NCBI RefSeq assembly: GCF_009834535.1
Contig: NC_045696.1
Coordinates: 82,214,001 to 82,278,000 of the forward strand
Direction: 5' to 3'
Source: Camelus ferus
Lineage: Eukaryota
Length of the DNA stretch: 64,000 bases
Below the pieces are notes generated by a model, which made no database searches, had not been told where the DNA came from, and saw only the letters and a program-made list of their open reading frames with translations. Below are positions 61,946 through 64,000 of this stretch, in pieces (position 1 is the first letter of the stretch; each line of letters opens with the position of its first letter). The position numbers were made by a program, and so were the translations under genes.

Positions 61946-64000
61946 GCAGTCTGGCAGTCCCTCAAAACTGTTGACAAACAAGTATCGGTTTGTCTTTGCC
62001 TATCTTCATATCTCTCATTTTCTCTCTAATTCTTTTCGTATCATGGAGCAGTTTTTAAACGTCCACACATTTTTTGATGCTCCTTCTTTCAAAGAGCTGA
62101 ACTTTTTCCTCACCTGGCGTGTAGGCTGGGATTTCCCTCACCTTGTGTACATGCTGGACTGAGTGACTCACTTCCAACAACTAGAATATGGTGGAAGGGA
62201 CGCTGTGTGACGAGGTCATCACAGGCACCACAGCTCTCTCCTTGCTCTCGCTCTGAATCGTGTACTCTGGCAGGTCAGTAGCCGTTTTGCGAGAATACAT
62301 CAGGCAGCGCTATGAGGAGGCCCACGTGGTCCACCTCAGGGGAGGAGGGTACAGGGGACTGTCTTCCTAGTTCAGTGGCCTTGCTATTATTATAAAGAGT
62401 TAAACCATATTGCCTTGAGCTTTTTGAAACTATCTTTTCTGCCCCTTCCCCCACTTTGTATGCTCTTAGTGTCTCTGCGCAGCTCCATTTAGGTCCTACC
62501 GCCAGCAAGGTTCTCTCCGTAAGGGACTTCGTCCTGGAAAGGAGAACCAGCTGGTTAGTTCTGAGATTTAGTAGGGCCCAGACTGCCCCACACCATTTAA
62601 CCTTTCCTTTGCCTTCACTCTTAGAAGCCCTTTCCAGCTCTGGCACTGTTCCGCAGAAAGCTCACTCAATTAGCTTTCTAGACTGAGTTTAGTATGTTTA
62701 GATTTTAGGCTAAGTACCTTTGCGAGCTCGATTTTGAGTTTGCTGCTGTTCAGTGCCGCCGGAAGACCCTTCGCCTGCTTCCTGCTTCCTCCTGCCCACT
62801 TGCTGATGCCACGTGGGTCTCGTTGCTGTCAGTCAGCCCTTCCCTTGTATTTCGGAGTTCACAGGATACCTTACTACTTTCATAGTAGATAATTGTTGTG
62901 CATTTGTTGTGGTGCTGGTTACTGTTGGAGGATTAGGTAGATTCAAAACTGCACGATTGCCACTTTAATCTTGTACAGGAATTGTCACATTTTTAATTTC
63001 CTGAAGTTCCTTTGTTCTCTGGATTTCCCGTTTCCTTACATCTTCTGATTCTTGGTTCACGCACCATACATCATCTTTTAACTCCCTAAGTATACTAGTG
63101 ATTTTAAAAATTCTTTTCTTCTCCTTACATTGTCCTTATTTTCTCCAAGTTCCCTTTTTTCTTACCGTTTGTGCATCTCATTTTCATGTCTGAGTCTTTC
63201 TCCAGCTATCTTGAGATCTTTGGCCCTCTAAGCATATACAGAACTAGGCGTTACATTGGGAGCTCTGTGTATATACATAGGACCTGTCAATCAGTGGGCT
63301 TCTCTGTAACTGCTTGGGCAGCAACAGATTCATCTAGCTGAGGGACTCTACACAATCAATACCTGTTGGTTTTTTCTCTTGGGTTGGCCAGCTTCCCAGA
63401 TAGGTGTCCTCCAACAAACCTCTATTGGGTAGGGGAAGAGGGTGATTAAGCTTGGTTGCCAGTAAGTTCTCAGAGGAACTGAAGAGGGGCTAGGGAGGGA
63501 TCTCATGGTTTGATACACAGATTTTACTCAGCCTTCCTATCCAATAAGGCACTCAAACATGACCAGTGTCTCTGAATCCAAATCCTCTGTGTTTCAATCT
63601 GTCCTGAAAATAAACTTTCTGTTTTTTTCTAGGGTGGGGACGAGGGAAGTCTCCTGTCTGCCTGGGGGTGAGAAATGGAATTTAATAGTTTATTTTCTTA
63701 CACTTTTAAACTAATCATCTTGTCTTCATCCCTACCCACCCATATCCACCTCTTCCTTCAGAGTTACCTGGTACAATTACTGGTTCACTTCCTAAATTTG
63801 GGGGGATTTTGAAATTTGAAAAGGTTGTTCCCCCAACCTTTGCAGGCACTTGAATATAAAGTCAGGTAAATACACCCTCATGCTTGCTAGATTCCAAAAT
63901 TTTGTTGGCATCTATCCAGTTCTCTTTATCCTTACAGACTTACGATGTGGTTTCTTCCTTCAATTCTTTAATTGTTTGAATGGGGTTCAAAAGGCATGGC

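Noticed and set aside
57200..64000. LRRC31, the expected neighbour of SAMD7
   Set aside because: No leucine-rich-repeat exons recognised; probably beyond the right edge of the window

Overview
Mammalian genomic DNA, repeat-rich. The tRNA-derived SINEs and young L1s look camelid-like (inference from recall). The left half holds SAMD7 on the minus strand: 7 coding exons with GT-AG boundaries and consistent phases (20124/20109 to 4540), plus two probable 5' exons near 21.5 and 24.1 kb flanked by CRX-type and MARE-type motifs. The last SAMD7 exon has an apparent 1-nt insertion that replaces the usual 34-residue C-terminus with 6 residues. The main new observation lies in the apparently intergenic 26-56 kb interval. 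Non-repeat islands on the minus strand form a chain of about 20 exon-like segments whose translations read, in order, as a signal peptide, thioredoxin-fold a/b/b'-like segments resembling protein disulfide isomerase (PDI), further thioredoxin-like segments, a long low-complexity exon, and an NDEL (KDEL-like) motif. Stops and frameshifts are frequent, so this is a candidate unitary pseudogene of a large ER PDI/thioredoxin-family gene. All protein comparisons were made by eye against remembered sequences; no search was run. Repeat family names are approximate.
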